Positions 31,508-44,264 of a DNA stretch of 64,000 nt are shown here, in pieces (position 1 is the stretch's first letter; every line of letters begins with the position of its first letter). Source of the DNA: a virus (Duplodnaviria > Caudoviricetes); the IMG/VR virus record IMGVR_UViG_2896054739_000007, positions 32,001 through 96,000 of that record. One strand, written 5' to 3'. The translations under genes were made by a program, and so were the position numbers. Below the pieces are notes generated by a model, which was given only the letters and a program-made list of their open reading frames with translations, searched no databases and had not been told where the DNA came from.

Positions 31508-31785
31508 TAATATCTCATTTAGTGTCCAATATACAGGACATTTAAATATTTAACTCATTTAAGGTATAGAAACCATAATTTCATCTTATTTTCATATGCA
31601 GAAATGCCTATTTTACACGCTTTTACACTTATAGATGGTTGATCATATTACAGTTTTATCCATTGATTCCATATTTTTAGTATAGAAATAAGGATTTTTC
31701 TATGCTAAACTGGCTAATATCAAAGATAAAATTATGGTTTCTATATTGGTCAGTATGCTTTTATACATACTGACCATATGTAATT

Positions 31786-32741
31786 TTAAACACTTATCCG
31801 CCTTGCTTTTAAATCATTCAAAGCTGCCATACCCTTTAGCTTATCATTTTGCTTTAAATTCTGTAATGGTGTACTCTGTTGTAACATCTCTGTTGGCGAC
31901 TGTTCATATGCTTCACACATAGCACAAAATGTTTTCATTACATCAGCCCACTCAGACTCGTCAATCCACTGTATATATGGAGTACCTCCTCTCTGCTTTA
32001 CACAGATCCCATACTTATACTGAAGATTCTTATATAATTCATTCCACATCTTGCTAAAATGAATTCCTGTCACAGCAGCAAGTTTTCTAATACCGGCATT
32101 AAGTTTATTCCTGTCTTTCCATTCCAGAATACCTTCTGCTAACGCCTTATTATCATTTTCTAACTTCTGAATATGACGATTCTTAAATTCTACCAATTTT
32201 GCAGATGCTACTGCCACAGCCGTTGCATCACCACTAGCAACTGCCATACCTACTGATAACATAAGACTCTGCTCTTCATCAATGTCGTGTGTCTTAGTTT
32301 CGTCAGAAGTTTTCTCTTCTATATTGAGTAACTGTGTGCGAACTTCTTTTGCAACATTTGAATCTCTAAGTAACATTCCAACACGTAATATCGCTCTACG
32401 AGGAAAAACTTTCTGACCTCTTGTCGGGAAATCAAGTAATGTCCCATCTTTAAAGAAAAATGTCACCTTCCCTTTTGATGTTTTCAAACTTTCATATTGC
32501 AAGTTTGAAAGTTCCTTGTATTTTACAATACACATTCCATCCAATTCTAATTCATCGCAATGCCTACTATAAATAGATACAATTGCATCCTCTCCAACTT
32601 CATAGAAATCTGCAACTTGTTTAACAGTCGATAGTTCTGTTCCTGGCAATAATAATAATTTTTTACCTTTTCCAAAACTTCATAATGACACACTGCATTA
32701 TCCCTCAATTTCCTGTCATTAATAAATTGTGTTTCTACCAT
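31786..32741 (-). pseudogene. Antirepressor-like protein split by a frameshift in an A6 run
   Basis: 5' ORF ends EVLEKVK, 3' frame resumes LLLLPGTE; FPRRAILRVGMLLRDS.VAKEVR motif. Confidence 0.7.
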
Positions 32742-32995
32742 ATTCTATCATTTCCTTTCTGTGAAAAAATCTTGATCAATAGTTCCAATAACTATTTCTA
32801 CAAAACTTTTCACATTTTCTCTAAAATCATACTTGCGATGCTCAATATTAAGTTATCAAGGTGCAACTTGGAGAAAATTGTGAGAAATCACTTGAAAAGA
32901 AATGAAGTTTCTTTTATAATAGAACAGAAATCATTCTTTGAGTGATTCCATGACTGAGTGTAGCTGAGTTGTCCAGACTGTGAGCTACACTCTAT

Positions 32996-33172
32996 TTACT
33001 TTACTTCAACTGAAAGAATATTATTTACTAATTTCATTCTAATTTCATCATTTGCAAATGCTTTCATAAATGCTTCGAGAATAACATTTTGAGGTATTCC
33101 AGATTGATTACATTTGTCCTTAAAATCTCTTTGAATATTCTCTTCAATTGAACTTGTAAAGGCTTTTCTCAT
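32996..33172 (-). CDS. Ribbon-helix-helix protein (58 aa)
   Basis: MRKAFTSSIEENIQRDFKDKC..SGIPQNVILEAFM; SD AAGGAGG. Confidence 0.7.
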   Translation of the reverse strand: MRKAFTSSIEENIQRDFKDKCNQSGIPQNVILEAFMKAFANDEIRMKLVNNILSVEVK

Positions 33173-33549
33173 TTATTTCTACCTCCTTTACATTTATAAT
33201 TGTACACCATTTATATATGTTTGTTAACCATAAATCCTATAATAACAAAAGACACTGTATATTTCTATACAATGCCTTAAAATTATTTTTCTGATATTAA
33301 CTTACTCATTGTCATTAAATAAGTCTTCACGCCACTGAATAGGAACAACATCTTTTAAAGCCTCCTCTGATGATATAGTACCTATTTTTCTATTTTCTAA
33401 TTTAGACATATTTATTTTTCTATTCACTTCCCTCAAAGAAGCTTCTAATTCAGATAAGAAAATATCTTTATTATATTCAATATCTTCACTTATCATAAAA
33501 TTCTCCTTTTTAAAGGAATGGAATGTCAGTCCTTTTCAGTTTTTATCAC

Positions 33550-33909
33550 TTAAATACAATATTCTTTTATAATATTTGCAATTTCTTTCTTTGTTGGAAT
33601 GTTCTTATCTTCTTTCTTGTAGTAAATAGTTATCAGATATATTTCTTTATCATCTTTAACCACATAATATATAATCCGATAACCATTTGATTTTCCAACT
33701 TTTGTATTTGAATTAGCAACCCGCACTTTATAAGTATGATTATCTGTTGGAATATCTATATCCGGTATATCATCACCCACTAAATTACCAATCTCTAAAT
33801 CCTTTACAACACTGTCAATGTCATCTGTAATATTTTTAAACTTCTTCTTTTTCTCATAGTAATCAATATCTTGAAGAAATTTAGGAGTTGGTATCACTGT
33901 ATAATACAT
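33550..33909 (-). CDS. RelE/HigB-2 family toxin
   Basis: YKVRVANS...GKSNGYRIIYY. Confidence 0.85.
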   Translation of the reverse strand: MYYTVIPTPKFLQDIDYYEKKKKFKNITDDIDSVVKDLEIGNLVGDDIPDIDIPTDNHTYKVRVANSNTKVGKSNGYRIIYYVVKDDKEIYLITIYYKKEDKNIPTKKEIANIIKEYCI

Positions 33910-33912
33910 ATC

Positions 33913-34119
33913 TCACTCGTTTTCCTCTCGTTTCTTATGTTCATCCATAAAATCTTTCCACGACTTCTTAGGAAGTTTACCTTCTCGTATGAGTTTTACT
34001 TCCTTAAATGATTCAATTATAGATTCTTGAATTGTACAATATCTTTCATCCAATGCAGCTATACTCATATCATCAACCTCCTTTTCAGCATTTATATCGT
34101 CAGTTTTGTTTGATTTCAT
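33913..34119 (-). CDS. Putative cognate antitoxin
   Basis: SFKEVKLIREGKLPKKSWKDF; directly upstream of toxin. Confidence 0.6.
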   Translation of the reverse strand: MKSNKTDDINAEKEVDDMSIAALDERYCTIQESIIESFKEVKLIREGKLPKKSWKDFMDEHKKREENE

Positions 34120-34702
34120 TATAACACCCCTAATTATGTTATGCAATACATTTCTTATTATAACCAAAATCACTTGAAATAGTTATTTTATGTCTAAACT
34201 GGTATTATATCGATAACCTTATCACAATGAATCTTTACTGATTCATCGCCAATATCCAAGTGAAAATCGTCTCCAAATGCTCCAACGCTTGTAAGAACTC
34301 CTTCAAAAATACCTTTGTCCGTCTTAACTTTCAATTTTTCTCCTTCAGAAATATGAAATTCAGAACCACCTTTTTTAAATTTATATTCCTGATATATTTT
34401 TAATGTATCCATAAATCCTCCTTTGAAATTTCACTTTCATATCTATAAAAACAATCCAATTATTTGTAGTATACTCCCCATAATGATCAGAATTGTCCCT
34501 ATAATTACTTTCTTTTTATCCTTTTTAAAATCATCTGATAAGTTAGAAAACCATTCGCATGTCCCATAATATTTTTCTTTAGTAGAAAGAATAGACCATA
34601 AGCTAAATACTGTTCCAATCATAACTAAAATAATTCCTATTACATTCAAAATCTTATCCATTAGTACGCTCCTTTCACCTATTGAAACAGAACATTTATG
34701 TC

Positions 34703-35437
34703 CTACATAAAATATTTGCACTTATCAAAATAAAACTGCTGCTCTTTTTCAAAAAGTGTAATCAATTTATCCAGACTTTTTTCTTCTCTATATTCTTTCA
34801 ATGCCTCCAGATACTCATTTCTATTTGCATCTTCAATCACAACCGGCACAACACCATTCTTCAAGCACTCCCTAAAGAGAATTAATCTTCCCGTCCTACC
34901 GTTCCCGTCTTGGAAAGGATGAATGCTTTCGTATCTTGCATGAAACTCAGCTAATACAGAAATATTTATCGTCTGACCATAATACCATTCCATTAGTAAA
35001 TACATTTCTTGGGCAACATCTTCTGGTCTTACAGTTTGATACATTCCAATCATATTAGGACGCTGCTTATAATCACCGATTGCATATCCGTTAGCACGAT
35101 CCTCAAACACTCCAGACTTCAACTCATAATGAAATTTCTTTATTAGTTCCTGTGTCAATGACTCATCCAAAGTGTCCAGCATTTTATTAAACATCAGAAA
35201 ATGACCATTCATCTCCTCAACATCTTTTGCTCTATAATAATCATCTGATTTCGGCAAAGTTCCATTATCAAACAAAGAAGCTGTTTGCTCCTCAGTAAGT
35301 GTGCTACCTTCAATCTTATTTGAGTTATAAGCAAGTAGACGCTGTGTGTATGCATATACACCCGATCTGTCAAATCGCTCTCTTTCAATTTCAAATCGTT
35401 CTAGAAGAAACTTTAAGAATTCTTTATTGTTACTCAT
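34703..35437 (-). CDS. Fic domain protein
   Basis: SNKIEG, HPFQDGNGRTGR. Confidence 0.93.
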   Translation of the reverse strand: MSNNKEFLKFLLERFEIERERFDRSGVYAYTQRLLAYNSNKIEGSTLTEEQTASLFDNGTLPKSDDYYRAKDVEEMNGHFLMFNKMLDTLDESLTQELIKKFHYELKSGVFEDRANGYAIGDYKQRPNMIGMYQTVRPEDVAQEMYLLMEWYYGQTINISVLAEFHARYESIHPFQDGNGRTGRLILFRECLKNGVVPVVIEDANRNEYLEALKEYREEKSLDKLITLFEKEQQFYFDKCKYFM

Positions 35438-35802
35438 ATCACACCTCTTCTCTGTCCATAAACCATCAAACTAGAATTTCAATGCTCTACTCTCCTTGAT
35501 GTCTTAATTTTCGCATATATTTCTCTACACTAATCTTTATATCTACATACGCATTTAGTCTTTCCTTCGCTCGTTCCAATTCAATTTCCGCTGAATCTAT
35601 CAAACATTGTTCATCTTCAAAATAACAACTTCGTTTCGTATCTTGAAAATTCTGTTCAGCTTTTTCAACAAGATTTTTTTGTTCTTTGCATTTTTTATCT
35701 AACCATTTGAATACATCTTTTACGCCTTCAGATTTCAACAATATCCCTCCTAAATACCCTTGAATCCAGCCTTTTATTGACTTTTTCACATAAAAAGATC
35801 TA

Positions 35803-36426
35803 TTATCTGTTATTCTCATAATAAAATGCTCTTAGTATAAGCACATATCTCATTTTAAAGAATCTAACATACCTATTATAAAAAATATATGTCATAAGGC
35901 AACTTATGATAGTCATAAAAAAATATGTACTATTTATGCAAATTAAAAACTTTATCACTGAAATTAAAAAAATCAAAACAAAATATATTGATAAACTTCT
36001 TGCCATACCTCCAATTGATTGTTGCTTATCTATTTCTATTGTGGTTTTATTTGATTTTATATAACATGCTTTACAATAATTATATATTTCTGAAACAGAA
36101 TCGTCCGTAAAGACAATATCCAGTTTATCACAAACGGTATTTGTAATAAAATCTATTTCTTTTTGTGATAAAGAAATATGTAAATCATTTGATACTTTAA
36201 ACACTGGTTTTAATAATTTTCTTCCACTAAATTTTGAACCTAATTCTTGAAAAACCATTCCAATAAAATAACTGATTATTAAAAATTGTAATGAATCATC
36301 AGCATCTATTTTAATATGAAAATTAAAAATCGGAAAAATTTTAATAGTAATAAGCAATATAATCATTCCGGTAAGCAATAGTACCATTAGATCATATATT
36401 CCTAACTTCTCTAATATTTTATCCAT
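35803..36426 (-). CDS. Multi-TM membrane protein
   Basis: Four hydrophobic segments. Confidence 0.65.
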   Translation of the reverse strand: MDKILEKLGIYDLMVLLLTGMIILLITIKIFPIFNFHIKIDADDSLQFLIISYFIGMVFQELGSKFSGRKLLKPVFKVSNDLHISLSQKEIDFITNTVCDKLDIVFTDDSVSEIYNYCKACYIKSNKTTIEIDKQQSIGGMARSLSIYFVLIFLISVIKFLICINSTYFFMTIISCLMTYIFYNRYVRFFKMRYVLILRAFYYENNR

Positions 36427-36756
36427 TCTAACACCTATAAAAACAGCATTTTATTTCATCTTATAATCTTTATACCACATTTTATACAATTCCTTATCCG
36501 AATACTTTCTATTTCCATTATACTTAGACCACCCCTTCTTATAGGAGTTAAAGGAATTTAAAAATTTATAGTCACAAATATCATAAGAGCAAAATAATTT
36601 TTTATATGCCCTTCCAGACGGAATGTCCAAATAATTTCTACGCAAATGTCTATTTGCACGCTTTTTCATTCCACGGTTATAATCCTTGCAACATGGAATT
36701 TTCTTATAACTTCTACTCATAACATTTCCCTCTTAAAAGCAACAATTCATTGCAAA

Positions 36757-37859
36757 CTATTTTCTTCGATTCATTTCTTCTTTTAATTCTGATATCGGAA
36801 TTATCCATCCATTTTCTTTATAACTGCTTATTCTAGCAAATATATCATTAGACTGAGAAAATATTTGTACAGCAGTATTGAAAGGTTCTATTGATATCTG
36901 CCCTAAAACATTAAATACTATGTCTGATGCAGAAATTTTTAATGAATTATTTGCAAATTTCCATACTGATTCATCAAAATATTTCACTATATCTTCATGT
37001 GATATTTCCTTAGATACAGAAAGGTCTTCTGCTAATAATGGCAGCGTTCTAAATCTATCTTTCTGTTTTGCATCATATATTGTTTTTATAGGAAGTTCTG
37101 TAATATCTGGAAGAGTTTCTGAAAAAAGCAATTTTACAGTTTCGTCTTTCTTTATTCCCCTAAATTCAAATAATTCTTTAGTATTTGAATAGTATTTTTT
37201 TATTCCTTTAGATGAAAAAAATAATGGCAAATCACTCTCTTCATTACCTATAGTTTCAATATCTTCTCCGTCAAATATAAAAACAGGCATTTCTTTTAAG
37301 AATTCCATCAGCATAATATGGCTTAAAGAATATATTGTATTCACTCCATAAGTTTGTTTATAATACTCAGATATAATCAAATCCTGTAATAATGTTTGTA
37401 TCCATCCAATATTTTTTTCACAATTTTTTCTGGATATATATTGCATAATTTATTATATACAAACAAAAACAATTCTGAACTTGGAAAGATAGAATGTTTA
37501 TCATTATTATAATAATACCAAAAAACATCGTCTATAAAATTATCATTAAAACTATGTAAAGAATATATATTTTGCAGTATTTTTTTATTGATAAGTTTTC
37601 TTACTGTCTCGATATCACCATTTAAATAATATTCTACTAATGAATAAGTGTTAAGATCAAGAAGAGAGCATCCATCTTCATCACTTTTCAATAAATCATT
37701 TTTATCTGCATATAATTCTTTTTTCTTTAGCGATTCCAAATGAAATGTTCTTATATATATTGTATCATATGCCAATATTCCTAAATAGAATGCTTCTTTT
37801 TCATCTTGTCCAATTCTATTTAATTGCGCTCCTGGAAAAAAAGCAGTATATTTCTTCAT
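36757..37859 (-). pseudogene. Possibly one gene split into two overlapping frames
   Basis: ORFs 37377-37859 and 36757-37446 overlap at A-runs and sit between one pair of boundary palindromes. Confidence 0.45.
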
Positions 37860-39181
37860 AATCTATATCCCTCTTCTCTTGTATATTCGATAAAAACCGG
37901 ATTTCAAGACTATCATTTACCAATTACAAACATCTCTATAAAGCAATCTATGAGAATTGCACATTTTTTCTTCGTTAAGAGAATCTAATTCCTTTTGACA
38001 ATCTTCATTCCAAGTTCCAGAAATTTTCTTATTAAGTAAAATTCTTAATTTGCTTTCGATTTCCAATTCAGTATCGTAATCTGTCTTATCATTATTTGGA
38101 AATTCCATATTAAACGCATATGTCATTTTAGAAACCAACACGCCCATGCATTCGGTACATAAATTTATTTTTAATGGATTCAAATTTCCTATAGTAATTG
38201 AATATATTTTTCTATATTCATCTTGCTTCTCGTTACAATTTAAACACGAAGTATATTTACCATTATCTAATCCAACATCAAGCATGATATCCTCCAATCT
38301 AAAAATTTACTGTTGCAAATTTATATCATAAATATTTTCCACAACATTTAGCAATGAGTATCCGTACCCACCAAGCAATCCTTCCCACTCACAATATTCA
38401 TTAAACACATCCTGTTTCGACATACTCATAATATCTCCATCTTGTGATGTATCACCAGGTTCTAATCCTCTACGCTGTCTAAGAGCCTCCATGACTTTCT
38501 TATTATATGTCTTCTGTGCTGGTTCCAACCAATTCACACTGACATGTTTCTGTTCCATTTCTCCATCTTCTGTTTCAAAATTCACATCACATTCTTCCTC
38601 GGATTCCCATGCATATCCAATAAAGAATCCATATTGCTTCAAATTTTTGTGATAAACTCTATCTCCATGTTTGAATTTCTTATCCATACTTACCTCCACT
38701 TTCATCCACACTTTATAACAATCTTATCAAATATTCTCTGCTCTAACTTATCAAAATCAACTGATAAAATTCCATCATTTATCATCTCATTTATTTCATC
38801 CAATCTTACAAATACTCCATTTGGATTAGTCACACTCATACAAAATTCGCTTGGATATAATTTATTCTCATTCCTGATTGTTTGCTACCATAGTTGGCTT
38901 CTAAATGGATTATTCATATAACTTCCTCCAAACGATTTTTCAAATCATTCTGAACCTGTCCAAGTGTCTCAATTCTTGATTCTATTTTTGCGTATTCAAT
39001 GCCGCACAAATAAACTTCTTTTGCTGCATCATTTTCTAACTCAACAAATTTATCTTCGATCAGCTTTACACATCTATCAATTTCTTCCTGAATCTCAGTT
39101 ATGTATTCTTTTACTTTTTCTCTCATATCTGGCATAATACTTCTCTCCTAATGAAAATCGAATTTCATTATCAATCATTCT

Positions 39182-39889
39182 CTACTTATCATTATCTAAT
39201 TTACAAACCAAATATCCAATTACAATTCCTATAGCAATTAAAGCAAGCACTATACAAAAAGTTACTTTTCCAACTATACCAACGATAATTGCTACTATAA
39301 TCAAAATCAATATTATTATTAAAAATTTTATCGGCTTCTTTTTTACTGTATGTACATACTTTTCTCCATTTTTATTTCTATTTATTTTTTCTGCTAATTT
39401 TTTCTCCAATAATTTTAACTCATATTCTTTTTGATTCATTTTATTATCTCCAAACTCAACTAAAAAGTAAAGTGGAGGAAACGGAATAAAAAAGACACCA
39501 ACGAATACCAATACAATTAGAATAAACAATATAATCAAAACAATATATAACCCTAAAAGTTCGTACATGTTTTCTGCTGTGATAGGTATAGATTGCAATT
39601 TCTGAAACATTTCAATAAAATTAGGAATACTACTAATTTTATTGAATACTAAATTGACTAAAAGTCCAAAAATAATAGTAATTATAATTGGAAAAAATAA
39701 AATATTTCTCCTGTTAAGATATGATTTCAATTGATATTTTCTGCATATCATATCATTTTCAGAAATATCTTCTTCGCTATAAAATTTATCAATTCGCTTT
39801 TGTGATTCCAAATTTTCTTCATATAAATCATATTCCCATTTACGTCTTATCTTTTTCAAATCTTTGTCTAATGTTTTGTATTTTTCCAT
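39182..39889 (-). CDS. Multi-TM membrane protein
   Basis: Several hydrophobic helices; own upstream TATAAT. Confidence 0.65.
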   Translation of the reverse strand: MEKYKTLDKDLKKIRRKWEYDLYEENLESQKRIDKFYSEEDISENDMICRKYQLKSYLNRRNILFFPIIITIIFGLLVNLVFNKISSIPNFIEMFQKLQSIPITAENMYELLGLYIVLIILFILIVLVFVGVFFIPFPPLYFLVEFGDNKMNQKEYELKLLEKKLAEKINRNKNGEKYVHTVKKKPIKFLIIILILIIVAIIVGIVGKVTFCIVLALIAIGIVIGYLVCKLDNDK

Positions 39890-39964
39890 ATTTATCTCCT
39901 CAGTTTGAATTCGTTCATTATAACAAATATTATCACCATACCCTTGAAATCAAATTTTCAATTA

Positions 39965-40657
39965 CTAATCCAATTTAATATCAACTGGATTTTCCAATTT
40001 CAAAAATTCGTCCTTATGTTCTACCAAAGCAGCACTAGCAATGGAATTAATCTTATTTTGGCAGAAAGATTCTATTTCTCCTTTTGCTTCCATTACTGTC
40101 TTGTCCATTTGTTCATTAAACTGATCTGCAATAAAATCCATATTACACCCGATTTCCATACTCAGTTTAGACAATTTACTGAGAATTTCTTGCTTGTCTG
40201 CTTTTGTAAGTGTTTTCTTTTGATTAAATAGTTCTGTTACATCTTTAATAATTTGCTGTGACTCCATAGTTGCTTCTTTTCTTTTTTCTTTAAACTCATC
40301 AGCAAATTGTTCTCTCTTACTAACAAAATCACAGTCTGGTATACGTCCATCTCTTTCTGTCCAACGCACAGTAACTGGAACGCCACTTCCCATATTCATT
40401 GATGTAATAGCTTCAGCAAATTGTAAATAACTCATTTCTACTTCTACAATCTTTTTGTCACCATAAATAGAATCATAATGCAACCCCCTTGTAATATCTG
40501 CATGATATAAAGTCATTGCAATTGTGTCCCTATGTTCTATACTACTTCCAAATAGCGGTGTCGTTCCTCCTGTCCTTCTACTAAACGCCAATGTTCCATA
40601 ACTCGGATGACTTGTTTTTGTTCCAAATTGCGTATTTTCTACTTTATAATCACTCAT
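39965..40657 (-). CDS. Conserved hypothetical phage protein
   Basis: HPSYG, LFGSSI, VEMSY.QFAEAITSMN.GSGVPVT. Confidence 0.7.
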   Translation of the reverse strand: MSDYKVENTQFGTKTSHPSYGTLAFSRRTGGTTPLFGSSIEHRDTIAMTLYHADITRGLHYDSIYGDKKIVEVEMSYLQFAEAITSMNMGSGVPVTVRWTERDGRIPDCDFVSKREQFADEFKEKRKEATMESQQIIKDVTELFNQKKTLTKADKQEILSKLSKLSMEIGCNMDFIADQFNEQMDKTVMEAKGEIESFCQNKINSIASAALVEHKDEFLKLENPVDIKLD

Positions 40658-40862
40658 AATATTTTCATCTCTTTCTCCAATAAAATCAATCTTTCATTTT
40701 CTGATTTATTTATACACTAATATCTCTAATGCTTTCTCCAATTCTCATCTTCCCACTTTTATATTACTACTATCTGCTAACGCTTCACGCTTTAGCTTCT
40801 CTTAATTTATCATATGCCTCTTTACGAGTCATAATCTTCCTTCCATATTATACCATATATTA

Positions 40863-41858
40863 TTACTCAAGTGTTAATTTTTCTCTAATACCATATCCTC
40901 CATCTACATAAGTATTTACCGTAATATTAACATTTTTATGTCCTAATTGTTGCTGTGCAAAAGCTGCTCCATATTTTTCCGTTGTTACAGTTCCGTACCA
41001 ATGTCTAATCATATGCGGTGTAAGTTTTTTGCAACTATATACCTTAAATATTGCTCTCACATCGGACTCTTGCATTCTTTTCCCTGTCTTATTTAAAAAA
41101 ACTGCTTTATTGTCTACAATGTTTATTGTATTTCTGACTTCAAACCATTCCAAGAATGCGTTTTTTGTAGTATTATTAAGCAAAACATTTCTTCCTTTTT
41201 CAATGTGATACACCCCTTTCCCCATCACTCTGATATGTGGAGACTTTTCAATTTCACTTCCATCTAAAAATAAAGAAGAAAATTCCAATTCTACAAGTTC
41301 ACATTCTCTCAAACCTGTATTCATCAGAATTGTAAGAATAAGAAGATTCCTCTCCCTTACAAAACTATCATTCTTCTTTTTCTGAATAATATTTCTTCTC
41401 ATTTCATCCAAATCTTCTTTTGATGGCATTTTAACATAGCGATTATATCCAGAATCTAAACCTTCATATGCTACATCTTCAACAATATTACAATTTACTG
41501 GGACACTGGGAGAATTAACCATAGATCTCCAAAAACTTCTAAAGATATTCTTCCTTGTATTTAATGTGGTCGGTGATATACCTTCACTTTGTTTTTCTTC
41601 TAAATACATATTTATATAAGCCGATTCTATATATGTCATATCGGACTGCACAATCTCTGATATACTATTTTTCTGAATTATCCTTTTATCAATCAGCCAT
41701 TGTAATAAATTCTTAATTACAGAATAATAATTCAATGCACCTAATTTACTTTTCCTATTTAAAAGATAAAATTGTATAAACATTGGTATATTATCTTCAT
41801 TCATTTTTCTCTGTAACTTTTCTGAATTCTTCTTTTGAACTTCATCTTTATAACACAT
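40863..41858 (-). CDS. Tyrosine recombinase (XerC/D-like)
   Basis: TGLRECE, MGKG, PHMIRH, LGH, TY catalytic set. Confidence 0.92.
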   Translation of the reverse strand: MCYKDEVQKKNSEKLQRKMNEDNIPMFIQFYLLNRKSKLGALNYYSVIKNLLQWLIDKRIIQKNSISEIVQSDMTYIESAYINMYLEEKQSEGISPTTLNTRKNIFRSFWRSMVNSPSVPVNCNIVEDVAYEGLDSGYNRYVKMPSKEDLDEMRRNIIQKKKNDSFVRERNLLILTILMNTGLRECELVELEFSSLFLDGSEIEKSPHIRVMGKGVYHIEKGRNVLLNNTTKNAFLEWFEVRNTINIVDNKAVFLNKTGKRMQESDVRAIFKVYSCKKLTPHMIRHWYGTVTTEKYGAAFAQQQLGHKNVNITVNTYVDGGYGIREKLTLE

Positions 41859-41965
41859 AATAAATCCATCCTTTCTAAAAGTTTTACCTCTACATTATAT
41901 TTCTACATTAAAAAAGAAAAAAGCACTAACGATTTACGCCAATGCCCTTAATCAACTTACAACTA

Positions 41966-42220
41966 TCAATAATGATATCTACAAGTAAACACTATTAAAT
42001 TGCTTCCTTCTACTTGATATACTAACCTATGTTCATCCGTTATTCTTCTACTCCACTTTCTAGCCAAATCATATTTTAGTGGTTCTGGTTTCCCCACACC
42101 TTCAAAAGGATTTCTCTTTATATCTTTGATCAATTCGTTGATTCTCTTGACAATCTTTTTATCCATCTTTTGCCAGTAAAGATAATCTTCCCAAGCATTT
42201 TCTGTGAAAGACACATTCAT
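41966..42220 (-). CDS. yoeB: Txe/YoeB toxin
   Basis: AWEDY, GKPEPLK, WSRRITDEHRLVY, CRYHY. Confidence 0.93.
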   Translation of the reverse strand: MNVSFTENAWEDYLYWQKMDKKIVKRINELIKDIKRNPFEGVGKPEPLKYDLARKWSRRITDEHRLVYQVEGSNLIVFTCRYHY

Positions 42221-42223
42221 AAA

Positions 42224-42475
42224 CTAATCCTCCACATCAAAATTTACAAGTTTTCCATCTTCAGCTTGCTTGATAGACTCTTTCAACCACTCATAATTCG
42301 CTTTACTTTCCCTTATATGAAGATTTTCCATCAGATTATCATACTGTGCCTGAGACATAAGCACAACATTTTCATCGTTTTTTCTCGTAATTATTGCGAT
42401 ATCAGAATCATGTACAACCCGATCGCAAACTTCTTTGAAGTTATTCCTTACATTTGAAAAATTTGTTGCTATCAT
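42224..42475 (-). CDS. yefM: Phd/YefM antitoxin
   Basis: NFS.VRNNFK, IITRK, VVLMS. Confidence 0.9.
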   Translation of the reverse strand: MIATNFSNVRNNFKEVCDRVVHDSDIAIITRKNDENVVLMSQAQYDNLMENLHIRESKANYEWLKESIKQAEDGKLVNFDVED

Positions 42476-43203
42476 ACAATCACTCTCCTTTGAATATAGT
42501 ATATGTCATATTCATAGTTTTGTCAATATTTTGTACAATATTCTGTGCAACTATGTATCACAAGTTGAAACGATGATTTCAAAGCTATATTACCAATACT
42601 TTGATGAATGAATACTTATTTTGTTCATATGTTTTGTGACTTCCATATACTCATCCATTCTTCCATATGTGACTTCATTCATAAAAGAATATAACCATCC
42701 GAATTTTGCAAGTGCAATTTCTGTATTGTGTTTTCTTTCTTCTCTGATCTTTTGTTGACGCTCTAATTCTGTTTTCTGTTCCACATCTGTAAGACTCTTG
42801 AACCATTCACTATATAAGTGCTTCCCATACCATTTATCCAATTTGTATATGGAATTTTCCTCCAAGGAATAAACCATTTATACAATGCATACCAAGCCAT
42901 AAATCAAGCACCTTCTTTCAATTTTTAATCATTTCAAAGTCATTTAACTATATTTAATTATCATTATATTCCAAACAAACATCCATAGATTTTTCTCCGT
43001 CTACACAACAAAAACAATGACTACAAGTTCCACCATTAATTTGACTTTCTTTACAAGTTCTACATTTACAATAAACATCATCATTAGCACAAAAAGCATC
43101 CATATTCATATTCTTCCTCCAATCATTTTATATAAACTACTTCTCTTTTTCGTGAAGAAGTATAAAGCACGATCCAACACATATACAGCGTGGAATATAC
43201 AAA

Positions 43204-44241
43204 TTAACTTGCTAAAGTCTTTACACTTCCAAAATATTTATCATAATCCTTCTTAATTTCTTCCACCCTCTTCATAACAGCAGAATTCTTCCCTGTTCCA
43301 CGTCCGGCAGCATCATTATACGCCTTAGAAGTTGTGGCAGATTTCTTTCCACTAAAGAAATTTACAAACCACTCCATCATCTGTTTGTCTGAATAACCTT
43401 CATTAAGCGACTCTGCAACAATCGGCACAATACTAATCATATGTGTTCTGGCATAAATCCTTTTTGCAATTTTCTTATCCTCTATCATGGTATGAATATT
43501 GTAAATACGATCAAATACTTCTGTTAAAAGAAGTTCATCATCTTTTGTAATATCTGCCTTTCTCATATATGGACGAATCCACTTGGCATCCGTAGAAACT
43601 TCCTTATCATTAAGAATTGCATGTGCTTTTGCCACCATATCTTCATTCACATGTCCATCTAAAGCTGTCTGACTTAAAGCATCAGCAAACAGCTTATGCT
43701 TCCCAAGATTGATAATCTGTTCCTTTGATTTCGCCTTTACACGGTTCATCGTAGCAGCGTTTAATGCCTGACCATTATTCAGATTATAGAATGTATCCGC
43801 CTGTTCTTCCTGATCCGCATTGTCCGTATAGCAAATTGCGAATGAATACTCCTTAATAGCGTTCTGGAAACATTCAGGAAGATCACTAAATTTGTATCCA
43901 TTGACATCAATTTCTTCTGTTTCTCCATCATCATTTACCACTGTAAATTCCTCAAGTCCACTCAATTCAAACTCATCTTTCAGGAATTTAATAATAGTTA
44001 ATGTTCTCTGCTTCCCATCTTCTCCCTCGTAAACATCTTCTACTTTATTGAAATACAGAGGAGGAACATGTCTATCCAATATCAAAGAGCGAATCAAAGC
44101 AGATTTCTTATCATTATCTTTCCACACATAACCCCTTTGAATATCAATGTTAAAATTCACTGTTCCGTCTTCCACTAATTCAACAAGTTTCCGTGCCGTC
44201 CACTCTGTTCTTCCACGATCCGCACCTTTAATTATCTTCAT
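43204..44241 (-). CDS. DUF262 domain protein
   Basis: IQRGYVW, VPPLY, DGKQRT, LNNG. Confidence 0.8.
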   Translation of the reverse strand: MKIIKGADRGRTEWTARKLVELVEDGTVNFNIDIQRGYVWKDNDKKSALIRSLILDRHVPPLYFNKVEDVYEGEDGKQRTLTIIKFLKDEFELSGLEEFTVVNDDGETEEIDVNGYKFSDLPECFQNAIKEYSFAICYTDNADQEEQADTFYNLNNGQALNAATMNRVKAKSKEQIINLGKHKLFADALSQTALDGHVNEDMVAKAHAILNDKEVSTDAKWIRPYMRKADITKDDELLLTEVFDRIYNIHTMIEDKKIAKRIYARTHMISIVPIVAESLNEGYSDKQMMEWFVNFFSGKKSATTSKAYNDAAGRGTGKNSAVMKRVEEIKKDYDKYFGSVKTLAS

Positions 44242-44264
44242 GACATTTCCTCCATTTCACCAAA

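Noticed and set aside
40863-41858. Prophage boundary/att site at the recombinase
   Set aside because: Phage-like genes continue on both sides; no host genes or att duplication seen
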